Assembly: GCA_903900975.1 (NCBI GenBank)
Contig: CAIUPE010000051.1
Span: 678 to 64,677, forward strand
From: an uncultured Hyphomicrobiales bacterium
GTDB lineage: Bacteria; Pseudomonadota; Alphaproteobacteria; Rhizobiales; Beijerinckiaceae
DNA length: 64,000 nucleotides
Reading direction: 5' to 3'
Position numbers and translations under genes: made by a program. Of the stretch, positions 55,164 to 64,000 are shown one piece after another (positions within the stretch are counted from its first letter, which is position 1; each line of letters starts with the position of its first letter). Under the pieces are notes generated by a model, which was not told the origin of the DNA, did not search any database, and worked only from the letters and a program-made list of their open reading frames with translations.

Positions 55164-56690
55164 GTGACCGAAATTTCTCCCATTCTCGCGCTTGCCAATG
55201 TCTCGAAAAGCTTTCCTGGCGTTCGAGCGCTGAATGACGTCTCGTTCTCGCTCTATCCCGGCGAGGTAACGGCGCTGATTGGTGAGAATGGCGCGGGCAA
55301 ATCGACCATCGTGAAAATTCTGACCGGCATTTATATCCCCGATGGGGGCGAGATACGGGTCAATGGCGCGACGCAGCATTTTTCCTCGCCGCGCGATTCA
55401 TGGGGAGCGGGCATTGCCGCCATCCATCAAGAAACGGTGATGTTTGACGAGCTGAGCGTCGCTGAGAATATTTTCATGGGTCATATGCCGGGCGGGCATT
55501 TGATCGATTGGCGTGACACGAAAGCCAAAGCGCGCGCGTTGCTCGCCAGTATCGAGGCCGATTTTGATGCGGATGCGAAACTCAAAACGCTCTCGGTCGC
55601 GCAAAAGCACATGGTTGAAATCACGCGTGCATTGAGCCATGACGCCAATGTCATTATCATGGACGAGCCGACGGCCTCGCTGTCGCGCCATGAGATCGAC
55701 GAATTATTCCGCATCGTCGCGCAATTAAAGGCCGAGGGCCGCGCGATCATTTTCATCTCGCATAAGTTCGATGAAATTTTCCGCCTCTCGGACCGCTTTG
55801 TTTGTCTGCGCGACGGCGAAAAAGTCGGCGAAGGGATGACGAGCGATGTCTCCGAGCCTGACCTTGTCCGCATGATGGTCGGCCGCCCGGTTGATCAGGT
55901 GTTTCCGAAGCGCGATATTCCGCTCGGGCCTACCGTGCTTGAAATTGACGGGCTGTCGAATGCCACTGAGTTTGCCGATGTTTCATTAAAGCTCCGTAAG
56001 GGTGAAATTTTAGGGCTTTATGGCCTTGTCGGCGCGGGTCGCTCGGAAGCGATGCAGGCCGTGTTCGGGATGAGCAAACCCACCGCAGGCCGCGTTAAAA
56101 TGAACGGTCAGGAACTCACGATCCACGAGCCGATTGATGCCATTCACGCCGGCATTTCCTATGTGCCGGAAGACCGGCAGGAGCAGGGCGCCTTCTTGCC
56201 GCTCGGTATCCGCGAAAACATCACCATGGCGTCGCTTTCCACCCATGTCCGGAATTTTCTCCTCTCGCGCCGCTCGGAGCAATCGGCTGCCCGCGCGCTG
56301 GGTGGCCGACTATCGGTAAAGGCTGCGCATTGGGAGCAGTCGCTTGGCGAGCTTTCCGGCGGCAACCAGCAAAAAGTCGTCATCGCCAAATGGCTGGCTA
56401 CGAAACCGAAATTGATCATTTTGGACGAGCCGACCAAGGGCATTGATGTCGGCTCAAAAGCCGCCGTGCATGATTTCATCGGCGAACTGGCGGAAGACGG
56501 CTTGGCGGTGATTTTGATCAGTTCCGAATTGCCCGAGATTATGGGGCTGTCCGATCGCGTCATCGTGATGCATGAGGGGCGCATCGCTGCGCGCTTTGAA
56601 CGCGGCGTGGGAACGGGTGCGCTTGCCTGGAGCGCGGAAGCGATTGTAGCAGCCGCCACCGGCGCTCCAATCGAGGAGCGCGCAGCATGA
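55164..56690 (+). CDS. Sugar ABC transporter ATP-binding protein (duplicated ATPase domains)
   Basis: 508 aa from GTG. Two ABC cassettes are present (GENGAGKST; LSVAQKHMVEI; LSGGNQQKV; LILDEPTKGID). Confidence 0.93.
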   Translation: MTEISPILALANVSKSFPGVRALNDVSFSLYPGEVTALIGENGAGKSTIVKILTGIYIPDGGEIRVNGATQHFSSPRDSWGAGIAAIHQETVMFDELSVAENIFMGHMPGGHLIDWRDTKAKARALLASIEADFDADAKLKTLSVAQKHMVEITRALSHDANVIIMDEPTASLSRHEIDELFRIVAQLKAEGRAIIFISHKFDEIFRLSDRFVCLRDGEKVGEGMTSDVSEPDLVRMMVGRPVDQVFPKRDIPLGPTVLEIDGLSNATEFADVSLKLRKGEILGLYGLVGAGRSEAMQAVFGMSKPTAGRVKMNGQELTIHEPIDAIHAGISYVPEDRQEQGAFLPLGIRENITMASLSTHVRNFLLSRRSEQSAARALGGRLSVKAAHWEQSLGELSGGNQQKVVIAKWLATKPKLIILDEPTKGIDVGSKAAVHDFIGELAEDGLAVILISSELPEIMGLSDRVIVMHEGRIAARFERGVGTGALAWSAEAIVAAATGAPIEERAA

Positions 56691-57682
56691 GCGTGTTTCT
56701 CAAATACCGCGAATGGGTGCTGGCTGCGATCATCAGTTTGATGGTAACGGGCATCAGCCTTTATGCGCCCGCCTTCGGCACGCTCGATAACGCCACGGGC
56801 GTGTTAAACGATACCGCCTTTCTTTTCATGATGTCGCTGGCGCAGATGGTGGTGATTTTAACGCGCGGCATTGATTTGTCGGTCGCCGCCAATCTGGCGC
56901 TCACCGGCATGTTGACCGGTATTTTCAACGAGGTTTTTCCGGATCTTCCCGCCCTTGTCTATGTGGCGGTGGCGCTCACCCTTGGCTGTGGCCTCGGTCT
57001 GATCAATGGCACGCTGATCGCTCTGTTGCGCATCCCGCCAATTGTGGTCACGCTCGGCACGTTGGCGATTTTCCGCGGTATGATTGTGGTGATTGGTGGC
57101 GGTTCGCAGGTCAACACATCGGATATGAGCGCGAGCTTTGTAGGCTTCCCGAAGCTTAGCTTTTTAAGCCTTTCCAGCGTCTTCTGGATTGCGGCTATTG
57201 TGGCCTTGCTGGCTTGGTTTTTCCTGTCGCTGACGCGTGCGGGACGCGGGCTTTATGCGGTGGGTGGCAATCCGGTGGCCGCGCGCTATTGCGGCATCAG
57301 CCTGCCGTTCCAGCAGGTGCTGGCTTACGCCATTTCCGGCGCTGTAGCCGGAATGAGTGGCTATCTCTGGGTGGCACGCTATGGCGTCGCATATGTCGAG
57401 ATTGCCTCGGGCTATGAACTCACCGTGATTGCTGCCTGTGTCATTGGCGGCGTGTCGATTGGTGGCGGCGTTGGCACGGTGGCGGGCACCTTGCTCGGTG
57501 CGCTATTTGTCGGCGTGATTGTGAACGCGTTACCGGTGATGCAGGTCTCGCCCTTCTGGCAGATGCTGATCTCGGGCGCGGTGATTTTAGCCGCCGTCAT
57601 CATCAATGCCCGGGCCGAAGGCCGTGGCCTTAAACTCATCCTGCCTGAAGCACGCCGTGCTGCGGCACAGGCGAAGCGGTGA
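56687..57682 (+). CDS. Sugar ABC transporter permease (RbsC/RhaP-like)
   Basis: 331 aa, polytopic, with ATGA overlap with the ATPase gene. Confidence 0.9.
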   Translation: MSVFLKYREWVLAAIISLMVTGISLYAPAFGTLDNATGVLNDTAFLFMMSLAQMVVILTRGIDLSVAANLALTGMLTGIFNEVFPDLPALVYVAVALTLGCGLGLINGTLIALLRIPPIVVTLGTLAIFRGMIVVIGGGSQVNTSDMSASFVGFPKLSFLSLSSVFWIAAIVALLAWFFLSLTRAGRGLYAVGGNPVAARYCGISLPFQQVLAYAISGAVAGMSGYLWVARYGVAYVEIASGYELTVIAACVIGGVSIGGGVGTVAGTLLGALFVGVIVNALPVMQVSPFWQMLISGAVILAAVIINARAEGRGLKLILPEARRAAAQAKR

Positions 57683-57689
57683 GGGCGCG

Positions 57690-58703
57690 ATGATGCACGA
57701 TCCGTCACCCACCCCCTCGCGCTACACGGTAGAAGACCGCGCCCCGCGCAAGCTGTCGAGCTTCCTGCTGCGCTGGGAAAGCATTCTGGTGATGATGCTG
57801 GCCACTGTCATCATCGGCAACACGCTGAAATCGCCTTACTTCCTTGATCCGTTCAACCTTGCGGATGCGACCTATAATTTCTCTGAAAAAGCCATCATGG
57901 CGCTGATCATGGCGCTGTTGATTTTGGTGCGCGAAATCGATCTTTCGGTCGCAGCCATTTTGGCTGTGTCATCGCTCGCCATCGGCTTTATGGGGGATGC
58001 GGGCTATGGCACCCTTGCCCTCGTGCTGACGGGACTTTTCGTTGGCACGCTATGCGGCGCGTTTAACGGATTTTTGGTGACGCGTTCGGGCGTGCCGTCG
58101 ATTGTGATTACGATTGGCACCATGTCGCTTTATCGCGGCATCACGCAGGTGTCGTTGGGCGATCAGGCGCTCTCCACATTTCCACAATCCTATCTCGATT
58201 TGGGCCAGACCTATTTTATCGATTGGCCACCCGTGCCTTTGTCGTTTTTCATCTTCCTCGTGCTGGCTTGTGTGTTCGGCGTGTTCCTTCACAAAACGGC
58301 CATCGGGCGGCAGCTCTTTGCCATCGGTGCCAATCCGGTTGCGGCGCGTTTTTCTGGCATCAGGGTGGACCGGATAAGGTTTGCGCTGTTCACCGTTTCG
58401 GGCCTTTTGGCGGGGCTTGGCGCGGTCTTGCTGACCGCGCGTATCGGCGTAATGCGGCCCAATATCGGGCTTGGCTGGGAGCTTGACATCATCACCATGG
58501 TGATCTTAGGCGGCGTGGCGATTTCGGGTGGCGTCGGCACGATTGGTGGTGTTGTGCTGGCCGTGTTCGTGCTGGGGCTATCGACCTTTGGCCTCGCTTT
58601 GATGAATGTTCCGGGCATCGTCATCAATGTGCTGCTCGGCCTGTTGTTGATCATCTCGATTGCGGCACCGATCTTAATCCGCATGGCAACGGGAAAACGC
58701 TGA
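57690..58703 (+). CDS. Sugar ABC transporter permease (RbsC/RhaQ-like)
   Basis: ATG 57690 lies 7 nt after the previous stop. Polytopic. The track ORF start at 57606 would overlap the preceding gene. Confidence 0.88.
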   Translation: MMHDPSPTPSRYTVEDRAPRKLSSFLLRWESILVMMLATVIIGNTLKSPYFLDPFNLADATYNFSEKAIMALIMALLILVREIDLSVAAILAVSSLAIGFMGDAGYGTLALVLTGLFVGTLCGAFNGFLVTRSGVPSIVITIGTMSLYRGITQVSLGDQALSTFPQSYLDLGQTYFIDWPPVPLSFFIFLVLACVFGVFLHKTAIGRQLFAIGANPVAARFSGIRVDRIRFALFTVSGLLAGLGAVLLTARIGVMRPNIGLGWELDIITMVILGGVAISGGVGTIGGVVLAVFVLGLSTFGLALMNVPGIVINVLLGLLLIISIAAPILIRMATGKR

Positions 58704-59017
58704 TGCAACGCTATGCTTCCAAAATGTTTCTCAATCCCGGCCAGCGGGACGAGTATAAAAAGCGGCACGATGCGATCTGGCCCGAGCTTTCAGCTCTGCT
58801 GCAGCAGGCGGGCGTTCGTAACTATTCGATCTTTCTCGATGAGGAGACGAATGTGTTGTTCGCCTATCTGGAGCGGCCCGAAAACCACACCATGGATGGC
58901 CTACCCCATGACCCCGTGATGCGGCGCTGGTGGGATTATATGAAAGATCTCATGGCGACAGACGCGACGGGTGCCCCGATTACCCAACCGATTGGCGAAG
59001 TCTTTCATCTCGATTAA
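58703..59017 (+). CDS. rhaM: L-rhamnose mutarotase
   Basis: 104 aa. F.MFLNPGQRDEYKKRHDAIWPEL...L...GV.NYSIFLDEETN.LFAYLE and RWW.YM.D.M closely parallel E. coli RhaM. Confidence 0.9.
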   Translation: MQRYASKMFLNPGQRDEYKKRHDAIWPELSALLQQAGVRNYSIFLDEETNVLFAYLERPENHTMDGLPHDPVMRRWWDYMKDLMATDATGAPITQPIGEVFHLD

Positions 59018-59041
59018 AGAATGAATACAGGAAGCGTAACG

Positions 59042-60079
59042 ATGGATATTCGAACCTTTACAGCACGCAATGGAACGGTTTTGCCTTTCTCGGTCGTGGG
59101 CTTTGGCACTGCCCCGCTAGGTGATCTTTTCACCAAGCTTGATGAGAAAACCTGCATCCAAACGGTAGAAACAGCTTATCAAGCAGGTGTCACGGTGTTC
59201 GATACCTCGCCCCATTATGGCAATGGCCTATCCGAGGCGCGGGTCGGCTCTGGCTTGCGCCACGCCGATCGCAGCAAGGTGATCGTGTCCACCAAAATCG
59301 GCCGCGTGATGGATCCATGGGCCAAGCCCGCCGCCGCGCGTGATGACGTGATCTCGCCGGGTTTTGCAGGGGGCTTCCCGCACGCCGCACGCTTTGATTA
59401 TTCGCGCGATGGCACGATGCGCTCTATCGAACAGTCGCTTCTGCGCATGGGGCTCGACCATCTCGATATCGTCTTAATCCATGATTGCGATATCTGGACG
59501 CATGGCGAAACCGATGCGCCGATCCGCTTCAAGGAGGCGATGGACGGTGCCTATAAAGCGCTCGACGATTTGCGCAGCCAGAAGGTGATTGGCGCCATCG
59601 GCGTGGGCATCAATGAATCCGCAACCGCCACCAACTTCATCCGCGCGGGCGATTTTGATGTCACCATGCTGGCAGGCCGTTATTCGCTGCTCGTGCAAAA
59701 CGCACTCGATGAATTCCTGCCTTTGGCGCTGGAAAAGAAAATGGGCATCATGCTCGCAGGCGTCTTCAATTCCGGCATTCTGGCAACGGGCGCGATCCCG
59801 AATGCCAAATTCGATTATAACAACGCCTCGCCGGAAATCGTGGACCGGGTTCGCAAAATCGAAGCCGTGTGCCAGTCGCATGGTGTCTCGATCCGTCAGG
59901 CGGCCTTGCGGTTCTCGATGTCGCATCCGGCCGTTGTCTCGGTCGTACTGGGCGGCGTGAAGCCTCAGGAAGTGCTCTCCAATGTCGCAGACGCAGGTGC
60001 CAAAATACCGGTTGGCCTATGGTCGGATCTGAAAGCAGCGGGCTTGTTAAACCCTACTGCTCCAACCCCAACCGCGTGA
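59042..60079 (+). CDS. Aldo/keto reductase (L-fucose / D-threo-aldose 1-dehydrogenase-like)
   Basis: ATG 59042 follows AGGAAG. AKR motifs: FGTAPLG, FDTSPHYGNGLSE and IGVG. Substrate assignment comes from context only. Confidence 0.75.
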   Translation: MDIRTFTARNGTVLPFSVVGFGTAPLGDLFTKLDEKTCIQTVETAYQAGVTVFDTSPHYGNGLSEARVGSGLRHADRSKVIVSTKIGRVMDPWAKPAAARDDVISPGFAGGFPHAARFDYSRDGTMRSIEQSLLRMGLDHLDIVLIHDCDIWTHGETDAPIRFKEAMDGAYKALDDLRSQKVIGAIGVGINESATATNFIRAGDFDVTMLAGRYSLLVQNALDEFLPLALEKKMGIMLAGVFNSGILATGAIPNAKFDYNNASPEIVDRVRKIEAVCQSHGVSIRQAALRFSMSHPAVVSVVLGGVKPQEVLSNVADAGAKIPVGLWSDLKAAGLLNPTAPTPTA

Positions 60080-60087
60080 CGGATCGC

Positions 60088-60867
60088 ATGACGGGTTTTG
60101 ATCCGACACGGGCCTTTTCGCTCAAAGGTCAGGTGGCCGTTGTCACCGGCGGCGGCAAAGGCATCGGACGCGGCGTGGCCTTAGGCATCGCCCGTTCGGG
60201 TGCCGCGGTCCATGTGCTCGACCGTGATCTCGCGGCCGCCGAAGATGCGGTGGCGATGCTGAAGGCCGAGGGGCACAAGGCCAAAGCCCATCACGTCGAT
60301 GTCGGCGATGAGGCGTCGATTGATGCGGCGATGTCTGCCATCGCGGCGGAAGGCAGCCTCGACGTGCTGGTCAACAATGCAGGGCTCGCGATCCGGAAAC
60401 CATCGGTTGATCTGTCGGTGGCGGATTGGGATGCGGTGTTGAAGGTGAATTTAACCGGCGTGTTTTTATGCGCCCGAAGCGCCGCGCGTCACATGATCGC
60501 GAACAGAAGCGGGGCCATCGTCAATCTCGCCTCCATTATGGGGCTTTCGGGCGGCGGGCTTTATCCGAATATTTCCTATCAGGCGACCAAGGGCGCGGTG
60601 GTTAACCTCACCCGCGCTTTAGCCGTTGAATGGGCACCCTTCGGCGTGCGTGTGAATGCGGTGGCACCCACTTGGGTGCGGACGGATTTCATCAAGCCGC
60701 TGACCGATAATCCCGATCTGCTCGCCCGCATGAACGCGATGACACCGCTTGGGCGCATTGCGGAGATTGACGAAGTCGTGGGTGGCATTATCTATCTCGC
60801 AAGCCCCGCGGCCGCGATGGTCACGGGCCACACGCTCGCCATTGATGGCGGCTTTCTGGCGCAATAA
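60088..60867 (+). CDS. Short-chain dehydrogenase/reductase (2-keto-3-deoxy-sugar-acid dehydrogenase-like)
   Basis: ATG 60088. TGGGKGIGRG cofactor motif, NNAG, and catalytic S...YQATK. Confidence 0.85.
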   Translation: MTGFDPTRAFSLKGQVAVVTGGGKGIGRGVALGIARSGAAVHVLDRDLAAAEDAVAMLKAEGHKAKAHHVDVGDEASIDAAMSAIAAEGSLDVLVNNAGLAIRKPSVDLSVADWDAVLKVNLTGVFLCARSAARHMIANRSGAIVNLASIMGLSGGGLYPNISYQATKGAVVNLTRALAVEWAPFGVRVNAVAPTWVRTDFIKPLTDNPDLLARMNAMTPLGRIAEIDEVVGGIIYLASPAAAMVTGHTLAIDGGFLAQ

Positions 60868-60876
60868 GGAACGAGA

Positions 60877-62256
60877 ATGTCCAAGGCCCCTCTGCTGATC
60901 AGCGAATTTCAATCGGAGCTTCACGCCGGCAGGCTCACAGCGGAAGCCGCTGTTGCGTCATCGCTTGACCGGATTGAAGCGCTGAACGGCAAACTCAAAG
61001 CCTTTATCAAAGTCGATCCGGATCGCGCTTTGGCGGATGCGCGCCATCTCGATCATCTGGCGAAACTCGGCGTGCCGAAAGGTCCGCTTTTCGGTATTCC
61101 GCTTGCGATCAAAGATATCATCGATGTGGCGGGATTGCGCACGGGTGGCGGCTCGCTCACCCGCAACGATGCTGGCCCTGCGACAGCTGACGCTGAAATC
61201 GTCACCCGTCTGCGCAATGCGGGCGCGGTGGTGGTCGGCAAAGTCGCTACCGTCGAATACGCTTTTGGTGGCTGGGGCTCTAATGAGACGGTAGGCACGC
61301 CGCATAACCCGTGGGATTTGGCGAAAGCCCGCGTGCCGGGCGGCTCTTCCAGCGGCTCGGCGGTAGCGGTTGCAGCTGGCCTTGTGCCCGGTGCTTTAGG
61401 GTCTGATACGGGAGGTTCCATCCGCTTACCATCCTCCTTTTCAGGGCTGGTCGGGTTAAAGACAACGGCGGGCCTGATCCCGAAAACCGGCGTCTTGCCG
61501 CTCTCCGATATTCTTGACACCATCGGCCCGATGACACGGACGGTGACGGATGCGGCGATCTTGTTTGAAGTCCTGCTTGGCCATGCCCCCGGCACCCATC
61601 AGCCCGGTCCCGTTGATCAAGCCGCACCCTTCGAGAACCTCCGCATCGGCGTGCCCGTTGAAACGGGCGTGACGCTTCATCCGGATACCGAGCGGGCCTA
61701 TCAAACGATGCAGGAGCAGCTTAAAGCCGGTGGCGCAACCTTGGTGCCGGTCCGTTTTCCCATGAGCTTGGCCGATTATGCGGCACCCTGCGGCATGTTT
61801 TTGGCCGTTGATTCTTATCGCCATTACGGCGCTTTTGCCGAGGAAGAACCCAATCGTCTGGGAGCACCTGTCCGCGCTCGCATGTTGAGTGGTAAGGGTG
61901 TCACTGCGGTTAGTTATGCCAAAAATATTGAACGCCGCGAGCGCGAGAAAGCCGTTATCGCGAAGGTTTATGAAACGGTGGACGCCATCCTGATGCCCTC
62001 CACCGCCATGCCTGCGCCTGTGCTTGGCGAGCATCCCGAGCATGATAGCCCCGCGATGTTCACGCGCTTCGCGAATTACTTTGATCTTGCCGCGATCTCG
62101 TTACCCACAGCGCTCTCAGCAACCGGCCTGCCCATCGCGATGCAATTCGTCGTGCCCGGTTTTCAGGAAGCTCGGGCGATCGAAATTGCTTATCGCGTGG
62201 AGGTCGCTCAAGGCGGCCCCATTTTCTGTCCAATTCTCGCGCAGGCGCAACTTTAA
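60877..62256 (+). CDS. Amidase-signature (AS) family amidase
   Basis: 459 aa with the GGSSSGSAVAVAAG signature and Ser-cisSer-Lys context (GSDTGGSIRLPSSF). Confidence 0.9.
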   Translation: MSKAPLLISEFQSELHAGRLTAEAAVASSLDRIEALNGKLKAFIKVDPDRALADARHLDHLAKLGVPKGPLFGIPLAIKDIIDVAGLRTGGGSLTRNDAGPATADAEIVTRLRNAGAVVVGKVATVEYAFGGWGSNETVGTPHNPWDLAKARVPGGSSSGSAVAVAAGLVPGALGSDTGGSIRLPSSFSGLVGLKTTAGLIPKTGVLPLSDILDTIGPMTRTVTDAAILFEVLLGHAPGTHQPGPVDQAAPFENLRIGVPVETGVTLHPDTERAYQTMQEQLKAGGATLVPVRFPMSLADYAAPCGMFLAVDSYRHYGAFAEEEPNRLGAPVRARMLSGKGVTAVSYAKNIERREREKAVIAKVYETVDAILMPSTAMPAPVLGEHPEHDSPAMFTRFANYFDLAAISLPTALSATGLPIAMQFVVPGFQEARAIEIAYRVEVAQGGPIFCPILAQAQL

Positions 62257-62301
62257 CGCGCCCAACGGATCCACATCAAAGCGAATCAGCAGGATCGTAA
62301 T

Positions 62302-62315
62302 TTGATCGATATCAA
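62302..62315. promoter_or_regulatory. Perfect FNR/FixK/CRP-family box TTGAT-N4-ATCAA
   Basis: TTGATCGATATCAA, read directly. It lies in the AT-rich spacer between the amidase stop (62256) and the fpr ATG (62481). Confidence 0.45.
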
Positions 62316-62480
62316 GGGCAGACCGTATCAAACGGTTCAACTATCCTATCGGAGTTTAAATAAACAAATTTTGATGTAAATTACATAAAAATACATTGTA
62401 AAAAGTTTATTATACCGCTATGTCTCGCCCTCCGAGGCTTGGTGGGTATTTAGATTTTGTGATAGGTTGGGCGATCCCTC

Positions 62481-63254
62481 ATGAGCGCATTTGAAGAAGA
62501 GACCGTAATCAGCGTCCACCATTGGACCGATACACTGTTCAGTTTTACCACCACTCGAAACCGCTCATTCCGGTTTCGCAATGGCCAGTTTTCGATGATT
62601 GGTCTGTCGGTTGATGGCAAACCCCTGTTGCGGGCCTATTCCATTGCCAGCCCGAATTTTTCCGATGAGCTTGAATTTTTCTCCATCAAAGTGCCCGATG
62701 GTCCTCTCACCTCGCGCCTTTTGCACATTGCGCCGGGCGACAAAATCATTGTCGGCCAGAAGGCGACCGGCACCCTGTTGATTGACAATCTCTTGCCGGG
62801 CAAGAACCTGTATATGTTGGGTACGGGAACTGGCTTAGCGCCATTTTTGAGCTTGATCCGCGATCCTGAGACCTATGAACATTACGAGAAAGTCGTCCTG
62901 GTCCACGGTACCCGCGAAGTGGCCGAACTCGCTTATGCCGATATGATCGAGAAAGAACTGCCTGAGGATGAATTTCTGGGTGAATTCGTCCGTGACAAAT
63001 TGATCTATTATCCAACGGTAACGCGCGAGCCGTTTCGCAACCGCGGCCGGATCACCGATTTGATTGAAAACAATGGCCTGACAACCGATATCGGCTTGGC
63101 CCCGCTCAATCCGGAACATGATCGTATCATGATCTGCGGCAATCAGGGGCTGAACTCAGACCTCGCAACCCTACTAAAGGCCCGCGGTTTTGTAGAAGGC
63201 AGCAGTGGCCAACCCGGAACCTACGTTGTGGAACGGGCTTTCGTCGAAAAATAG
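62481..63254 (+). CDS. fpr: Ferredoxin/flavodoxin-NADP+ reductase (bacterial Fpr type)
   Basis: 257 aa. VISVHHWTDTLFSF...F.F.NGQF.MIGL, RAYSIAS (FAD motif), LYMLGTGTGLAPFLS (NADP motif) and the C-terminal ERAFVEK. Confidence 0.92.
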   Translation: MSAFEEETVISVHHWTDTLFSFTTTRNRSFRFRNGQFSMIGLSVDGKPLLRAYSIASPNFSDELEFFSIKVPDGPLTSRLLHIAPGDKIIVGQKATGTLLIDNLLPGKNLYMLGTGTGLAPFLSLIRDPETYEHYEKVVLVHGTREVAELAYADMIEKELPEDEFLGEFVRDKLIYYPTVTREPFRNRGRITDLIENNGLTTDIGLAPLNPEHDRIMICGNQGLNSDLATLLKARGFVEGSSGQPGTYVVERAFVEK

Positions 63255-63278
63255 ACGGTTAAGCCCGCTTCTTATGGT

Positions 63279-64000
63279 CTAGTTCAAATCGGACAGTCTT
63301 GGCGGGTTTGATCCCTTTTGCGTGCATGTATAGGCCGAAGCCCGCACAGCAAATGATAACCACCGTTCAATGGAGGCTGGTGTCCAAGCTGTGTGTCCTA
63401 CGCCGAGTGCACCGTCACGGTCCATCGCGAACAGTAACGACGACATCAGGCTATCGCCAGCACCGACCGTATCCTGCACCTTGATCGCCGGGGCGGGCAC
63501 GCTGAGATGACCTGTTTCAGTAAACGCGTCGGCTCCCTTGGCACCGCGGGTGAGGATCGCCAGCTTTGGTCCGTGCTTCAACCATGCCTTGATGGCATCT
63601 TGAGGCGCGAGTTCTGGATAAAGCCATTCCATATCTTCTTCGCTGGCCTTTACCAGATCAACGAGCGCAACGAGCTTTTCGACATCCGCGCGCGCCTTGG
63701 CTTTATCGGGCGTAATCATCGGACGAATATTAGGATCATAGCTTGTGGTACGATGCCCTTTGGCCTCGGTCAGCGCGTTAAACACTGTGCCGGCCATTGG
63801 AGGCACCAATGTCGAGAACGATCCGACATGGATATGACGTAGTCCATCCGGCAGGAGGGGTGGCAGAGCGGGTGGAACATCAAACGCCGTTCCCGCAAGG
63901 GTAAAGACATAACGCGGCCCGCTCTCGGTGGTGCCTACTTCCACCAATGCCGTCGGGCTTTGTGCGTCGGAAAAGGCAACATAGCTGAGATCGACGCCAT
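63279..64000 (-). CDS. PfkB-family carbohydrate kinase (fructokinase-like), C-terminal part; gene continues past the right edge
   Basis: The reading frame stays open to position 64000 (..GVDLSYVAFSDAQSPTALVEVGTTESGPRYVF..). It has the C-terminal PfkB motif DTVGAGDSLMSSLL. Confidence 0.8.
   Translation of the reverse strand, partial: GVDLSYVAFSDAQSPTALVEVGTTESGPRYVFTLAGTAFDVPPALPPLLPDGLRHIHVGSFSTLVPPMAGTVFNALTEAKGHRTTSYDPNIRPMITPDKAKARADVEKLVALVDLVKASEEDMEWLYPELAPQDAIKAWLKHGPKLAILTRGAKGADAFTETGHLSVPAPAIKVQDTVGAGDSLMSSLLFAMDRDGALGVGHTAWTPASIERWLSFAVRASAYTCTQKGSNPPRLSDLN

Noticed and set aside
1-64000. Search by eye for tRNA/rRNA/tmRNA, CRISPR arrays, IS elements, integrases, phage or defence-island genes
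   Set aside because: None were found. Intergenic spacers are short, none shows tRNA-like T-arm (GGTTCGAnnC) signatures, and no ORF carries transposase, recombinase or typical defence motifs. A covariance-model scan (tRNAscan-SE, Rfam) would be needed to exclude small ncRNAs.

Overview
This looks like a chromosomal, mostly core segment of a moderately GC-rich alphaproteobacterium. Gene content and protein motifs look Hyphomicrobiales/Rhizobiales-like, but I cannot prove a taxon without a database search. I count roughly 60 protein genes. I found no rRNA, tRNA, CRISPR array, transposase or integrase.

Layout from left to right:
- yifB (partial) and mutS.
- An SDR / DUF1330 / HxlR trio.
- maeB, followed by a tandem 72-bp intergenic repeat.
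- A PQQ block. It holds a sorbosone-dehydrogenase-like gene, pqqABCDE (including the 25-aa pqqA that the ORF track misses) and an OFA-type MFS transporter. It also holds a PQQ alcohol dehydrogenase with the lanthanide-type W-D-x-D signature, a dihaem cytochrome c, a periplasmic ankyrin protein and an alpha/beta hydrolase. It ends with a YVTN beta-propeller plus SBP, ATPase and ABC-2 permease.
- A decayed spot with a half-size VOC ORF, then tadA, rluB, rsmD and a GFA gene.
- A hydantoinase-like gene and a DUF1640 gene.
- Methylmalonyl-CoA mutase mcmBA, followed by a shrunken MNT/HEPN toxin-antitoxin pair.
- A DUF900 lipoprotein, asparaginase II, ugd, mog, cysQ and a SciP-like gene.
- A candidate gamma-glutamylation amine/amino-alcohol operon: APC permease, GS-like ligase, ALDH and Fe-ADH. 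Its intergenic spacers carry long GC-rich palindromes, and one of them encloses a four-helix-bundle (23S-IVS/Avd-like) gene.
- GT39, an orphan ORF with an NHLP/nitrile-hydratase-alpha-like segment, TauE and GGT.
- A Sel1 protein, then a cytochrome b-DHC fusion / SHP-like / DHC haem module.
- A rhamnose-type sugar ABC transporter with mutarotase, AKR, SDR and amidase.
- fpr (with a perfect FNR/FixK-type box upstream) and a partial PfkB kinase.

I do not see a clear-cut new multi-gene system such as a defence island. The most unusual items are:
1. The inverted-repeat-flanked four-helix-bundle cassette inside a catabolic operon.
2. The cyt b-DHC / SHP / DHC module.
3. The extra genes embedded in the PQQ/lanthanide-type ADH accessory cluster.
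4. The NHLP-like orphan ORF.

All family calls come from reading motifs by eye, with no BLAST or HMM run. Start codons are best guesses.
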